This document shows, one piece after another, positions 28,032 through 39,200 of a stretch of DNA of 59,663 nucleotides. The DNA comes from a virus. Its lineage: Duplodnaviria; Caudoviricetes. The translations under genes and the position numbers were made by a program. The notes beneath the pieces were generated by a model. The model made no database searches and was not told the DNA's origin. It was given only the letters and a program-made list of their open reading frames with translations. Position 1 is the first letter of the stretch. Every line of letters starts with the position of its first letter. The stretch is taken from positions 1-59,663 of IMG/VR virus record IMGVR_UViG_3300034356_001545; one strand, 5' to 3'.

Positions 28032-28990
28032 TAACCTTGGTGCACATCGATGGGCTTAGTGGGATTAACTACCACAGGCTCATCGTTCCACTTAGACGCC
28101 TTATTAATCAAGGCGTCAACATACATTGGATAGAATCATTAAATGAGCTGAAGGACATCAATCTAGATGTTGTAACAAGCTTAATTATATCGCGTAAAGC
28201 TTCCGTTACTAACCATAAAAAGTTCAGTCAAATGCTTAAAAGTCACGGAGTTAAGTTGATACTTGACAACGATGACTACTGGGACCTGAACAACGGAAAC
28301 CCCGCGAAGGGACTTTACGAAATATACTACGGCCCAGACATCAAGAAGACCATAAGGATTGCCGACGTCATATGGACGCCGTCTCACTACCTGGCCAAAC
28401 AGATGAAGGCTGTAAACCCTAATGCTGTTATTGAGTTTGTAAACAACTCCATAGACGACGCAGAGGACCAGTGGAAGAACATCCGTAAGTACAGCTCTAG
28501 CGATCTTCGCTTCGGTTATGCCGGAGCACTTGGCCACCTAAGTGACATAAAGGAGATGAAGTACGACTTCTCAAAGGTGTATACCTTTGGAGTGAAGGGT
28601 ATGGACTACGACGAGATCCTAAAGTTCGACAAGCTATCCGAGCCTAGAGACATCTGGAACTACGGAAAGCTCTACAAGAACTTTGATGTAAGTCTTGTTC
28701 CTCTTTCAAGGAACAGATTTAACTGGTGCAAGAGCGACCTTAAAATTGTCGAAGCGGCTTGGACTAGGACAGCGGTCATAGCGTCCAACACAAAGCCTTA
28801 CAATGGCATTATACGCCACGGAGAGACTGGTCTTCTATGTTCCACACCTAAGGAGTGGGAGGAGGCTATCGAATCGATGGATAAGAAGACAGCAAAGAAG
28901 ATGGCAAACAATCTCTTTGAGGATATCAAGGACCACGAGGACTACAACCTCGACAAGATAAACCTCAAGCGATTGAAGCATCTTGTATGA
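28028..28990 (+). CDS. Glycosyltransferase (GT-B, GT4-like)
   Basis: YHRL..P, D.DDYW, D.SLVPL....FN.CKSDLK..EA, IAS. Confidence 0.85.
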   Translation: MITLVHIDGLSGINYHRLIVPLRRLINQGVNIHWIESLNELKDINLDVVTSLIISRKASVTNHKKFSQMLKSHGVKLILDNDDYWDLNNGNPAKGLYEIYYGPDIKKTIRIADVIWTPSHYLAKQMKAVNPNAVIEFVNNSIDDAEDQWKNIRKYSSSDLRFGYAGALGHLSDIKEMKYDFSKVYTFGVKGMDYDEILKFDKLSEPRDIWNYGKLYKNFDVSLVPLSRNRFNWCKSDLKIVEAAWTRTAVIASNTKPYNGIIRHGETGLLCSTPKEWEEAIESMDKKTAKKMANNLFEDIKDHEDYNLDKINLKRLKHLV

Positions 28991-29400
28991 TCAAGTACGA
29001 GAGGGAGCTCTTCAACCTCATAAAGGAGAGAATTGCCGATGACCTCAAGGTCAGCGAGCATAATATGTCTAAGTACGACTGCTACTCTCTTGTCCACAAC
29101 TCGGACATAGAACTTAAGTGCCGTAACCTTCACTACGATGACCTACTCATCGAGAAGGCCAAGTACGACGCCCTTATCGAAAGGGCGGCAATGTTTGGTA
29201 CGCTGCCTGTATACATCAATTCAACCCCTAATGGGGTCTGGTCGTTCCGCTTGAGCGAACTCCCAGAGCCCAAGTGGGAGGAGCGAAGGATGCCAAAGAC
29301 CACCCATTTCACCAATAACAATATGATTGTCAAGATGGTGGGTTACTACAACATTTCTTTAGGAAAAGATATCACAGAGTTGCTAGGATTGAGCAAGTAG
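28987..29400 (+). CDS. PD-(D/E)XK-like nuclease
   Basis: YDC...IELKCR...Y..LLIEK.KYD. Confidence 0.6.
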   Translation: MIKYERELFNLIKERIADDLKVSEHNMSKYDCYSLVHNSDIELKCRNLHYDDLLIEKAKYDALIERAAMFGTLPVYINSTPNGVWSFRLSELPEPKWEERRMPKTTHFTNNNMIVKMVGYYNISLGKDITELLGLSK

Positions 29401-29422
29401 CACTATCTTCGCAATCCGTTTT

Positions 29423-29450
29423 GGGCCACCTAGTGTGGCCCTTTCTTTTC
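29423..29450 (+). terminator. Intrinsic terminator-like hairpin before nrdB
   Basis: GGGCCAC-CTAGT-GTGGCCC followed by TTTCTTTT. Confidence 0.7.
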
Positions 29451-29469
29451 TAACCTTAACAATAATCCT

Positions 29470-30459
29470 ATGCTGTTTGACGAACGTATCCCCTACAAAC
29501 CTTTCGAATATCCGATATACTATACTGAAGGGTGGCTCAAGCAGGCTCAGGCTTTCTGGCTGCACACAGAGATATCTATGCAGAACGACGTCAAGGACTT
29601 TAGGGAGAACCTAAGCCCAAGCGAGAAGAACCTCGTGGGTAACATCCTCCTAGGCTTCGCCCAGACAGAGACAGCTGTTGCCGACTACTGGACTGGGATG
29701 GTTACCAAGTGGTTCCCTAAGCACGAAATCAAGCAGATGGCTATGATGTTCGGCTCACAGGAGACCATCCACGCCACCGCATACAGCTACCTCAACGAGA
29801 CGCTAGGTCTTGAGGACTTTGAGGCCTTCCTTCAGGAGCCAGCAACGGTCGCTAGGTTTGAGAATCTAGTAGACACCAAGGCCGAGTACAGCCATACAAT
29901 ACTTAAGATAGACCCCAAGGCACGTCAGGACGTCGCACGCTCTATAGCGGTCTTCTCTGCCTTCGCTGAGGGTATGGCGCTCTACTCCTCCTTTGCTGTT
30001 CTCTACTCGTTTCAGATGCGTAATCTGCTAAAGGGAGTCGGTCAACAGATGAAGTGGTCCGTGAGGGATGAGTCCCTCCACTCCAAGATGGGATGCATCT
30101 TGTTCAACCATATGTGCGAGGAAGATTCGTATATCCGCGCAGGCGTCAAGGAAAAGATTGAGGAGGCTGCTAGGGTAGCTGTTGATATGGAGCTGAACTT
30201 TATCGACAAGATGTTTGAGATGGGAGACCTCGAGAACCTCAAGGCTTCGGACCTAAAAGAATTTATTAAAAAAAGAGGCAATGAAAAGTTGCGGGAGTTA
30301 GGCTACGATGGTATCTTTGAGTATGACGAGTCAAAGGCTTCACAGCTTGATTGGTTCTACCACTTAACCGGTGGGCATACTCATACTGACTTTTTCTCTA
30401 TACGTCCTACTGATTACTCAAAGGCCAACGAGGGAGAAGACTTTGAGAACATTTGGTAA
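29470..30459 (+). CDS. nrdB: Ribonucleotide reductase class I beta subunit
   Basis: FW...E, ETIHATAYS, EG, RDESLH, DFF. Confidence 0.95.
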   Translation: MLFDERIPYKPFEYPIYYTEGWLKQAQAFWLHTEISMQNDVKDFRENLSPSEKNLVGNILLGFAQTETAVADYWTGMVTKWFPKHEIKQMAMMFGSQETIHATAYSYLNETLGLEDFEAFLQEPATVARFENLVDTKAEYSHTILKIDPKARQDVARSIAVFSAFAEGMALYSSFAVLYSFQMRNLLKGVGQQMKWSVRDESLHSKMGCILFNHMCEEDSYIRAGVKEKIEEAARVAVDMELNFIDKMFEMGDLENLKASDLKEFIKKRGNEKLRELGYDGIFEYDESKASQLDWFYHLTGGHTHTDFFSIRPTDYSKANEGEDFENIW

Positions 30460-30470
30460 GAATTAAATTT

Positions 30471-30779
30471 ATGAACAACAATACAATCGCATCTATTATT
30501 TTTTACGAGATAAGAAACGAGTATGGCCTCAGCATTTCTCATATACGTAACAAGACTCGTATATCCTATGTGCGTGAGGCACGCCAGGTGTTTACTCAGC
30601 TTATGCGAGAGCACTCATCAATGACCACCACGGAGATTGGTAGGCTAGTAAACAGAGACCACTCTACGGTGGTCGCCACTACAAAGGCGGTAGGTCGTGA
30701 ACTAGATACAAACAAAGTATATCGAAATCGTTATAGTAAGATGAAGTTTAACATAGAATCAAAAATCAACAATGTCTAA
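30471..30779 (+). CDS. DnaA C-terminal (domain IV)-like HTH protein
   Basis: R......ARQ....L.RE...T.EIG....RDHSTV. Confidence 0.8.
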   Translation: MNNNTIASIIFYEIRNEYGLSISHIRNKTRISYVREARQVFTQLMREHSSMTTTEIGRLVNRDHSTVVATTKAVGRELDTNKVYRNRYSKMKFNIESKINNV

Positions 30780-32550
30780 GAATTTTGCAGAGAGCCTAGG
30801 GTGGGAAGTCGGAGTTGACTTCCCCGAGTGGGGAAACACAGAGGAGTACGTGAAGACCATATCGCGTGGCTACCTCATCAATGACGAGAAGCCTAAGGAT
30901 GCGTACCTACGGGTCGCTAAGGCGGCGGCACACCGCCTAAATCGACCCGAGCTTGCCAGCAAGTTCTACGGCTACATATGGAACAACTGGCTTGGCCTTG
31001 CCACACCAGTGCTTGCCAATATGGGAACAGATCGTGGGCTTCCGATCTCCTGCTTCGGCGTTGACATTGGCGACAGCATCCACGACATCGGGATGAAGAA
31101 CCTCGAGACTATGCTGCTGGCCAAGCACGGCGGTGGTGTAGGCATCGGACTCAATATGCTACGTCCCGCAGGGTCACCTATATCCAACAGCAATGGGACA
31201 ACCGATGGTGTGGTCCCCTTCTGTAAGATATACGACTCAACGATACTCGCCACCTCACAGGGCAACGTGCGCAGAGGTGCTGCATCGGTGAACCTAAGCA
31301 TAGAGCACGGAGACTTTTGGGAGTGGATTGAAATCCGCGAACCAAAGGGAGACGTCAACCGTCAGTGTCTCAACCTAAACCAGTCGGTCATTGTATCCGA
31401 TAAGTTTATGCGGAAGCTAGAGGACGGCGACGATGAGTCACGCCGTCGCTGGTCTAAGGTGCTGCAGAAGCGCAAGGCCACAGGCCAGCCGTACATTATG
31501 TACCGCGGCAACGTCAACAAGCAGAACCCAGAGATGTACAAGCACAACGGGCTGAAGGTCTTTATGACTAACATCTGCTCCGAGATTACCCTTTACACCG
31601 ACGAGTCCCACAGCTTTGTTTGCTGTTTATCCTCACTGAATCTTGCCAAGTATGACGAGTGGAAGGACACAGACGTTGTATACTACTCCACGTTCTTTTT
31701 GGACGGTGTGTTGGAGGAGTTCATCCAGAAAGCCAAGAATATGAGGGGCTTCGAAAATTCGGTTCGTTCTGCTGAAAAGGGACGGGCACTTGGACTGGGC
31801 GTACTCGGATGGCACACCTACCTACAGCAACGTGGAGCCCCATTTGAGGGGCTACAGGCGCAGATTGAGACGCGCCGTATCTTCTCCCACATCAAGATGG
31901 AATCAGAGCGTGCTAGCCGCGATATGGCTAAGATGTTCGGAGAGCCTCTATGGTGCCGTGGCTTTGGTGTTCGCAACACCCACCTACGCGCTATAGCGCC
32001 TACGGTGTCCAACTCCAAGCTCAGTGGTAACGTGAGTGCAGGCATCGAGCCTTGGGCCGCTAACGTATTCACCGAGCAGTCTGCCAAGGGTACTTTCATA
32101 CGCAAGAACCCAACCTTAGAGCGGGTTCTGCGTAAGATAGGAATCAACAACAAAGAGACCTGGGATCAGATACTCGCCGACGAAGGATCCGTTCAGAACA
32201 TAGGCGAGCTTGATGGTTGGATTTACCAGAAGGGTAAGCTGATGCAAAGCAATGAGGCTGACCCTATGATGGATGTAGTTCTAGTAAAGGAGGTCTACAA
32301 GACCTTTAAGGAAATCAATCAGCTAGACCTAATCTACCAAGCGGGAATCCGACAGCAGTACATAGACCAGTCTGTGTCATTGAACCTTGCGTTCCCTACT
32401 GAGGCTACACCTAAGTGGATCAATCAAGTACATATGGAGGCTTGGAACCAAGGAATAAAGACGCTGTACTATATGCGAACAGAGTCTGTGCTTCGTGGTG
32501 ATATAGCCGTAAAGGCTATGAGCCCCGACTGTCTTTCCTGCGATGGGTAG
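30772..32550 (+). CDS. nrdA: Ribonucleotide reductase class I alpha subunit, no ATP cone
   Basis: PISCF, GGGVG, RRGA, TNICSEI, AIAPT, KTLYY, C-terminal CLSC. Confidence 0.95.
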   Translation: MSKNFAESLGWEVGVDFPEWGNTEEYVKTISRGYLINDEKPKDAYLRVAKAAAHRLNRPELASKFYGYIWNNWLGLATPVLANMGTDRGLPISCFGVDIGDSIHDIGMKNLETMLLAKHGGGVGIGLNMLRPAGSPISNSNGTTDGVVPFCKIYDSTILATSQGNVRRGAASVNLSIEHGDFWEWIEIREPKGDVNRQCLNLNQSVIVSDKFMRKLEDGDDESRRRWSKVLQKRKATGQPYIMYRGNVNKQNPEMYKHNGLKVFMTNICSEITLYTDESHSFVCCLSSLNLAKYDEWKDTDVVYYSTFFLDGVLEEFIQKAKNMRGFENSVRSAEKGRALGLGVLGWHTYLQQRGAPFEGLQAQIETRRIFSHIKMESERASRDMAKMFGEPLWCRGFGVRNTHLRAIAPTVSNSKLSGNVSAGIEPWAANVFTEQSAKGTFIRKNPTLERVLRKIGINNKETWDQILADEGSVQNIGELDGWIYQKGKLMQSNEADPMMDVVLVKEVYKTFKEINQLDLIYQAGIRQQYIDQSVSLNLAFPTEATPKWINQVHMEAWNQGIKTLYYMRTESVLRGDIAVKAMSPDCLSCDG

Positions 32551-32555
32551 GTATT

Positions 32556-32690
32556 TTACTTCTTGCTGCTGCAGGAAGCGTGGGGGCAGTTTCCGTCACA
32601 GGCTACTGGCCTTGTGACGCACCATCCAACTACTGCTGGATCGAGGGGCCTGCCTTCGTAAGACGGGTCTTTTTCTTTAACCCTGCCCAC
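32556..32690 (-). CDS. Small Cys-rich protein (GTG start, ...WCVTRPVACDGNCPHASC...)
   Basis: Manual translation, 44 aa. Confidence 0.5.
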   Translation of the reverse strand: MGRVKEKDPSYEGRPLDPAVVGWCVTRPVACDGNCPHASCSSKK

Positions 32691-32817
32691 GATAGGACTT
32701 GGAGTACAGCTTAGAGGTCTTGAGCTTGCTGCTCTTGGTCTTGGAATGTACGCCCGGCCTGCTTACTTTAGGCTTTGCTTGGAAGGTTGATGCTGTTTGT
32801 GCTTTGGTTTTAGCCAT
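32677..32817 (-). CDS. Small basic protein (MAKTKAQ...KSYRGQG)
   Basis: TAATG-coupled start. Confidence 0.65.
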   Translation of the reverse strand: MAKTKAQTASTFQAKPKVSRPGVHSKTKSSKLKTSKLYSKSYRGQG

Positions 32818-33230
32818 TATCTGAATCGGTATAAAAACATCATAACGACAAGTGCTGCCGCTAAGAACAAAAGTAGGTAATCTTTTACCTTGCCCGTTTT
32901 GCTTTCCGGCTGAACTAATTGCGGTGGACACTCAGCTTGGACGCTTACCGCGTAGGGAACTTCCTTTACCAATGTTTTCACTATCATCTTGTCTTGGTAC
33001 TTCGTGATGACAATTTTGACGGTGTCGTTTTCAATCACCGCAGAGTCGCCATTATCTAGAACAGCAACTGTGTCAACTAGATACACTGGTGGGGTGATGA
33101 TGGTATCCCAGACCGTAATGGTGACTGGCTTCAGTATTGAAGGGTCCTTCTTTACTGCTTTGTTGAGATGATAGGTGGCGCTGCATCCTGTAAGAAGTGC
33201 AGCGACCACTAGGGTTGATAGGTATTTCAT
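32817..33230 (-). CDS. Putative unimolecular spanin
   Basis: Lipobox LLTGC, beta-rich middle region, C-terminal TM helix. Confidence 0.6.
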   Translation of the reverse strand: MKYLSTLVVAALLTGCSATYHLNKAVKKDPSILKPVTITVWDTIITPPVYLVDTVAVLDNGDSAVIENDTVKIVITKYQDKMIVKTLVKEVPYAVSVQAECPPQLVQPESKTGKVKDYLLLFLAAALVVMMFLYRFR

Positions 33231-36200
33231 TTTTTCTCTGGTATTTCGTATCCGTACAGCACGTAAGCTTCTTCGTTTGGTTTTAGTGCTCGTTTAACAT
33301 TTTTGTTTGCATCAGCAATCATCTTGTAGTTTCCTTTCTTGATTCCAATGTTTGTAATTGACTTGTACATCTTCTTGATTTCGTCAAGCTCTGCAAGCCT
33401 GTTGTCCCTAGATGCCCCAGTTAAGTCGCTGTACTGCTCCTTCTTTGTACGGAACTGATCCGTAAAGTAGTAGAACTGAACTGGGATGTTGAACTCATAG
33501 TCACGGATAACTGCACGAGAAGCAACTCGCCCAACAGCATCAAGCGGGCTGTACTTATCGGCCTCGGTCTCAAGACGTTTTTGCTCATCGCGGTACGATG
33601 ATGCAATAAACGGAGGAATAATCAATGACTTTAGTGTGTGACCACCATACTTGTAACCCTTCGTTAGTTTGCTGTCGTAGCTGTTGGTTATATCCCTTCC
33701 GTAAAAGTCCTTGTTTTCTGCAAGATTAGTTAAGAACGAGATACCCATATTAGGTTGAAGTAGGTCAACAACATACGCTGGGAAAGATAATGGGTCTGTA
33801 GCTAGGTCAAAGAAGCTTCCATATGGATCCTCCATAGAGTAGTCATAGGCAGTTGCAATGCCTTCCTTACTAACCTTAGTAGGTATAATGCTGTGTCCCT
33901 CCATCCAGTTTGGGCGGTTGTTCTTGATGTCCTCCTCAAGCTCATCATCATCCCCAAGTGCAAGAGATGCCAAGATGGACGTTATAGCTAAACGAGCTCC
34001 CATAATTGCAGCAGACCCAGCAAGACGACGAGACCCAGCTTTAATGTACTCAGCCTTTTGTTCTGGAGTCAAAGTCTTATCAGTCATACCCTTCATAAGG
34101 TCCTGCTGTCCGTTACGAATGTTTGCGCTGAAACTACGAAGGGATTCAAACTCAAAAGACAGGAAGTCTCCCGCTGGAAGTTTAGCGAGTGATGCGTACC
34201 ACTTTGGCAACCTAGAAAACGTTGGCGTGTTCTGCTTCACAAACTCAGCCGCCTCAGCGTGGACCTTATTCTTCTGAGCGTCAGTAAGCGAGTCGTATGA
34301 CTTCCCGTACATCTTCTTTGCAAATGATTGAATCTCTGAACGGAAGATTACTAGCTTGGTGTAGTCGTCAACGGCAGCATACTTCTGACCCACTACAGAG
34401 TCAAAGTTCTTGATTAAGTTTCTCGCCCTGTCAACATAACTAATGTAGTCGTTATCGTTCCCGGTTAAAGTGCGAGAGTATATGGCGTTTGTAAACCCTA
34501 AAAGGTTAGCGTTTACGTCTTGACCAATGATGCCATTGTCACCCATAATCTTGATAAGGGCCTCAGTCTCCGCGTCTGTTTCTCCATTTGCAAATAATTG
34601 AGCACGACGCTTAATGTCTCTTACAATGCTAGGGTTAATCACTCCATTTGCTGCCATAGTATACCAGCCACCAGTAAGGTTTTTACGCCACGTCGGAAGG
34701 TTATATATAACCTTAGACTTACGAGCAAGCTGAAGGGTCGTTAGGTATCCACTCATCCATATGTTATCAGACTCATAGATGTTCTGATTTGTGATTGCCT
34801 CATACACATCACGGTGAACGAATCGCCCATTAAGGGGGGAGAACTTATCCTTTACCTCTTTGTATTCACCAGTTGACTTCTCAGCGTCCGTCACCTCGTT
34901 CTTGATGAACTGGGTGCCGCCAAGTGATTCGCTTATCGCGTAGAGCATATGGCCCTTGTACTTGATGTTTGATAGAGCAATTGTCGTGTCAATAAATCGA
35001 ATAATTGGATCACGCTCCTTGCCTAGCAAATTTTGGATTGTCTCAGGCAATTCTTTGCGGCGTAGGAACTGTTCGCTTGGCAGCTTTATTCCAGATGGAC
35101 TTACAATTCCAAGCTTCTTAAAGTCGCTTCCGTTGCGAATCTTTTCGATGTCGGCAATGTAGTCGTCTATTGCTTTTGTTGCCTCCTTTAAAGTCTCGTC
35201 GTGAAGTAGCTCGAAGAACTCTCCAGCCTCATCTTCTTTAAAGCCTTCCTTATCGATGAGGTCATTAATTTTCTTTGACCGTAAAATCTCATACTCATAA
35301 GCAATAGCGTCACGACGTGCCGCATTTGACGGCTTAAAGTTCTTATCCTTCCAAAATCTATAACTGCCACGCATATATTGACCAAAGTTGTCAATAATTG
35401 TATTAACAGTTTCCTCTGGCATCGCGTGAAACTCTGGGCTGTTCACAAAGTCATCGGCAAACGAATCAATGTAGTTACGCATCGCATTTGCCTGTCCAAA
35501 TATCAGACTCCCATTAGGCTTAGACTCTAGTATTCTTTGATTCTCCGGGGTAAGTGTTCCATCAAAGATGTTACCCACTAAGTCAATAGTCTGAACATCT
35601 GCTTTTTTAAGCAGTTGATTCAGACCTTTTGTGAACTTCTTAATCTCACGACCCTCTACAGATAGCTGAGAACTCATACGCTCCTTAAATACCCGAATTT
35701 GCTTCTGGGTATCACTCCAAACAAAAGTCTTAGCTGTATTAACAGCTCTCTGCTTAAATGATAGCTGTTCTTTATCTAGGATTTCTTCACGTACATCACG
35801 AGAAGATGACTCTTTTAAATAGTTAGCTTCGTCCTTAATAAGGTTGTCGTTCAGCTTTCCAAAGTTGAAGATTACAGCCTCATAAAAGTCATCAGTTTGG
35901 AATCCATCATAACCAACAGATAGCATAGCTTCAGAAAAATCTGTGAAACTAAGAATGTAATCGTTATCTAAAAACTTACGCAAGTCATCAATAGAATACT
36001 TACCATATTTAGAATCACCAGATATGGTAGAACTTATTTTTAATGCGTTATCTAGTGGAGTCTTTAATGATTTTGGTATTAATTCAATGCCTTTAAATAG
36101 GCCCTGAAGTTTTAAAATCCGAGCTTCAGCCAATGACTTAAGTTCGTTCGCAAAATCATTGTTTGCTTTTGCATCAATGTCAAGGAAGTTATATTTATTT

Positions 36201-39200
36201 AATGGCGTAAAAATAAATTTGTTCCCATAGTCTAACGCCTTACTTGATCTTGATGTAAAGTAGAATCCGTATCCATATAGGGATCGTGCTCCTCCGTATA
36301 TTCTTTGCGGATCAAATGTATCAAATGAACCTTTTGTTGCGTGTATAAGTAATCCAGCTTTACTAGCTTCTGAAAGCTCTTGGAACGACTTAGAACTAGA
36401 CTCCTTAAGTATGTTGTCATATACTTTGTTGGCCTGACTAGAAGATGACTCAGATAGTTCTGAGTCCATAGCGTTATTACGCTCATCAAGAATTTCTAGG
36501 GCTTGGTTGAGAAGCTTAAGCGCACCTTCCCTTCCATCTTTTTCGTAGCGTTTGGAATCCCTAGCTTCTTGTAAAATTCTTCCGTAGTAAGCGCTTGATT
36601 CTCTGTCTGATCCGGGGAAGTTAACTTCTGCTTCATAGTATTGGATTGATTTTTCATCGATTAGATTGTTTGACTTGGCAAATGTAACTAAATTTTCTAA
36701 ATTATTACGCAAGCCCGAAATATTTACATCATCATAAGGAATCATTGCGAGATGGAATGACTTGTCAGATGGCACATAAGTAAATCCGCCCCCGAATCCG
36801 TAGTCATTTAGGGAGTCAATGATTCGCTTGGCATCGGCATCGCTCTTCGCCTTAAAGGTAACCTCCTGTGATTGGCCTCCAGTCTTGTACTCGACAATCA
36901 TAACTCCATTCTGAAAGTCTTCTTTTTTCACTGGGGCCATAATGCCAGCAACAGCAGACATAGCAAGGATGTCTTCCTTATTTCCCGCAATAGCAGGTCG
37001 CATTGAAACCTCCTGTGTGACAGAGTTTAACTCAGAGTCGTACCATCCACCAATAGTCTTTTCAATTCCGTATACTTGAACATCAAACTTTTTTGCGATG
37101 TTATTAAATGCATTAATGAATCGTTCAAATGATGGCTTCTTATACTCATCGCGAGCCTCAGATATCTCGTTAACGTACTTTGCACGATATGGAGCAATAC
37201 CCAAAATAGACTTAACGATGTTGTCGTTGATTTCGAGATTATTTACGGACGCACCGCCAGTAACAATAGCACGAGCAGCACGAATCTTAATTCGCTTCTT
37301 AAGCTCTGGGTCTCCCTTATCCTCGGCCATCTTAGAGCGATAATCGCCAAAGACATTCCTCACGTCTACGAACTCATTAAGAATCTTTAGGTCCTTAAAT
37401 CCAGTAATAATCCAAGGGTACGCAGGGTGCACCTTTGCGCCTTTAATTTTGCGAGAGTCTTTGACATCCATTTTAGCCAAGTCAAACTCAAGTACGGCAA
37501 CAAGGTCACCATATTGAGCATTTGCAAGTAGTGGCTCATTAACGTAGTCTAGGATGGCTTCAATCCTAGGCAAACCAAATCGTTTGTTTGCTTCTGCGGA
37601 AAACAAAGCCTCATTGAACTCAGCCCGTACTTCATATCCAACCTTCTTTGGGCCATCGTTTGGCATAAGTTCATTGAGTTCGGATAGCTTTTTAATCTGA
37701 AGTGGTAAACCCTTCTCAGCTAGTGCTGACTGAATTGGTTTTTTCTTTAGTTTAGAGTTGATATACTCAACAAGTTCAGCCTCAGTAGCCCGCTTATCCT
37801 TAACAGCCTTGTTTACTTCATCAAGCATATATCCCCAGAACTGAAAGTTTCCACGAATACCCCTGCTATCTTGAGACATAAGGAGCACACGACCATCAAA
37901 CTTCTTGAGCTTACTTAATATTTTCTTTGCTGTTTTCTCATCCGTGAATGCCCAACCCCCCTCTCCGAGGAGCGGGTAAAACACACCACCATCAAAGGTG
38001 TATGTAACCCCCGTTGGTGACTTTACGGTACCCGTTACAGCAAGGTCCATAGCGTACGTTATTGCTGGCTTGCCCACATACTCGCTAAGGTCTGCAAATT
38101 GTATTTTCTCCTTATCAAATTTGCGATCAACGTACGAAGCATCCCTACCTTGTCTAGAGCTAGACTCTGAAACGGGAGGTATAGACGTGGTTACCTCAGA
38201 CTCTAGTCCGGTGTATGTCTGCTCGTCAATTGATGACTCAAACAAGGCACCAGAGAACGAGTTCATAAAGTCAACGAACTCACCACGAGTGGTAATCTTA
38301 AGGCTTGGAAATACTTTTCCGATAAAGTTGTTTGTCCACTGGATCAGCTTGTCCATCGTGGACTTGCTAATCTTGCGACCATTAACAGCAATAATTCCTG
38401 CTGTCTGAGCCATAAACTCCTCGGGACTTTCTTTTGCTGAATACTCACCGCCTTGTACGAATCTTTCAACAGCATCAGCAAGTTGTTGGTCCTCTGCGGT
38501 TCCACTGCGAAGCACTCTAAGCAATCCTGATTGGAAGTCACTAGCAATCTTTTCTCTAGTCGCTTGGCTAGCCTTGGCAAACCTATTTACAAATGCTGCG
38601 TGGAACACCTCGTGGAAGGGAACCTCGGAGGTCATATCCTCGAGGTTCAGATGTATCTCATTCCTGGATGGGATAAACCTACCCGACTCAACACCAGAGG
38701 CAACAGACCCGCTCTTAGACACCTCGTCCATAGCGTCATTGAATTCCTTTCTGCTGTTGTGTACTATTATCTTCGTAGGAAGACCTAGTCGCCTCGCTAG
38801 CCTTTCAGCAGCAGATACAGCTTCAGTTACTTGCTCGCTACTTAATCCTTTGTTATTCTTTACAGGCTCTTGTTCGACAACTTGCTCGGTCACCTGCTCA
38901 GCGACAACAGTCTCAGTGGGGAGTACTACCCTTGCGGCCTTGCGCTCTGGGCGCTTGGCCGCCGGTACCCGCTCCTTAGTAGTTACATCACGAGTAACCG
39001 TCTCGTACTCCTGCATCCAGATAACCTCTGGAACATCTCCAATCTCCTTCTTACGCGCATCAATAGCGATGTCTAGCGCAAGTTCTGGGCGATTGACTAC
39101 TTGGATTCTAACAGGAGAAATATCTTCTCCCTTTGGTGTCCTTGGACGCATCACGACACCAGTAAGGTTTCCGTCAGCGTCAAGTATTGATTCTACGTAT

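Noticed and set aside
32560-32680. GC-rich ncRNA at the convergence point
   Set aside because: Better explained by a 44-aa Cys-rich minus-strand ORF
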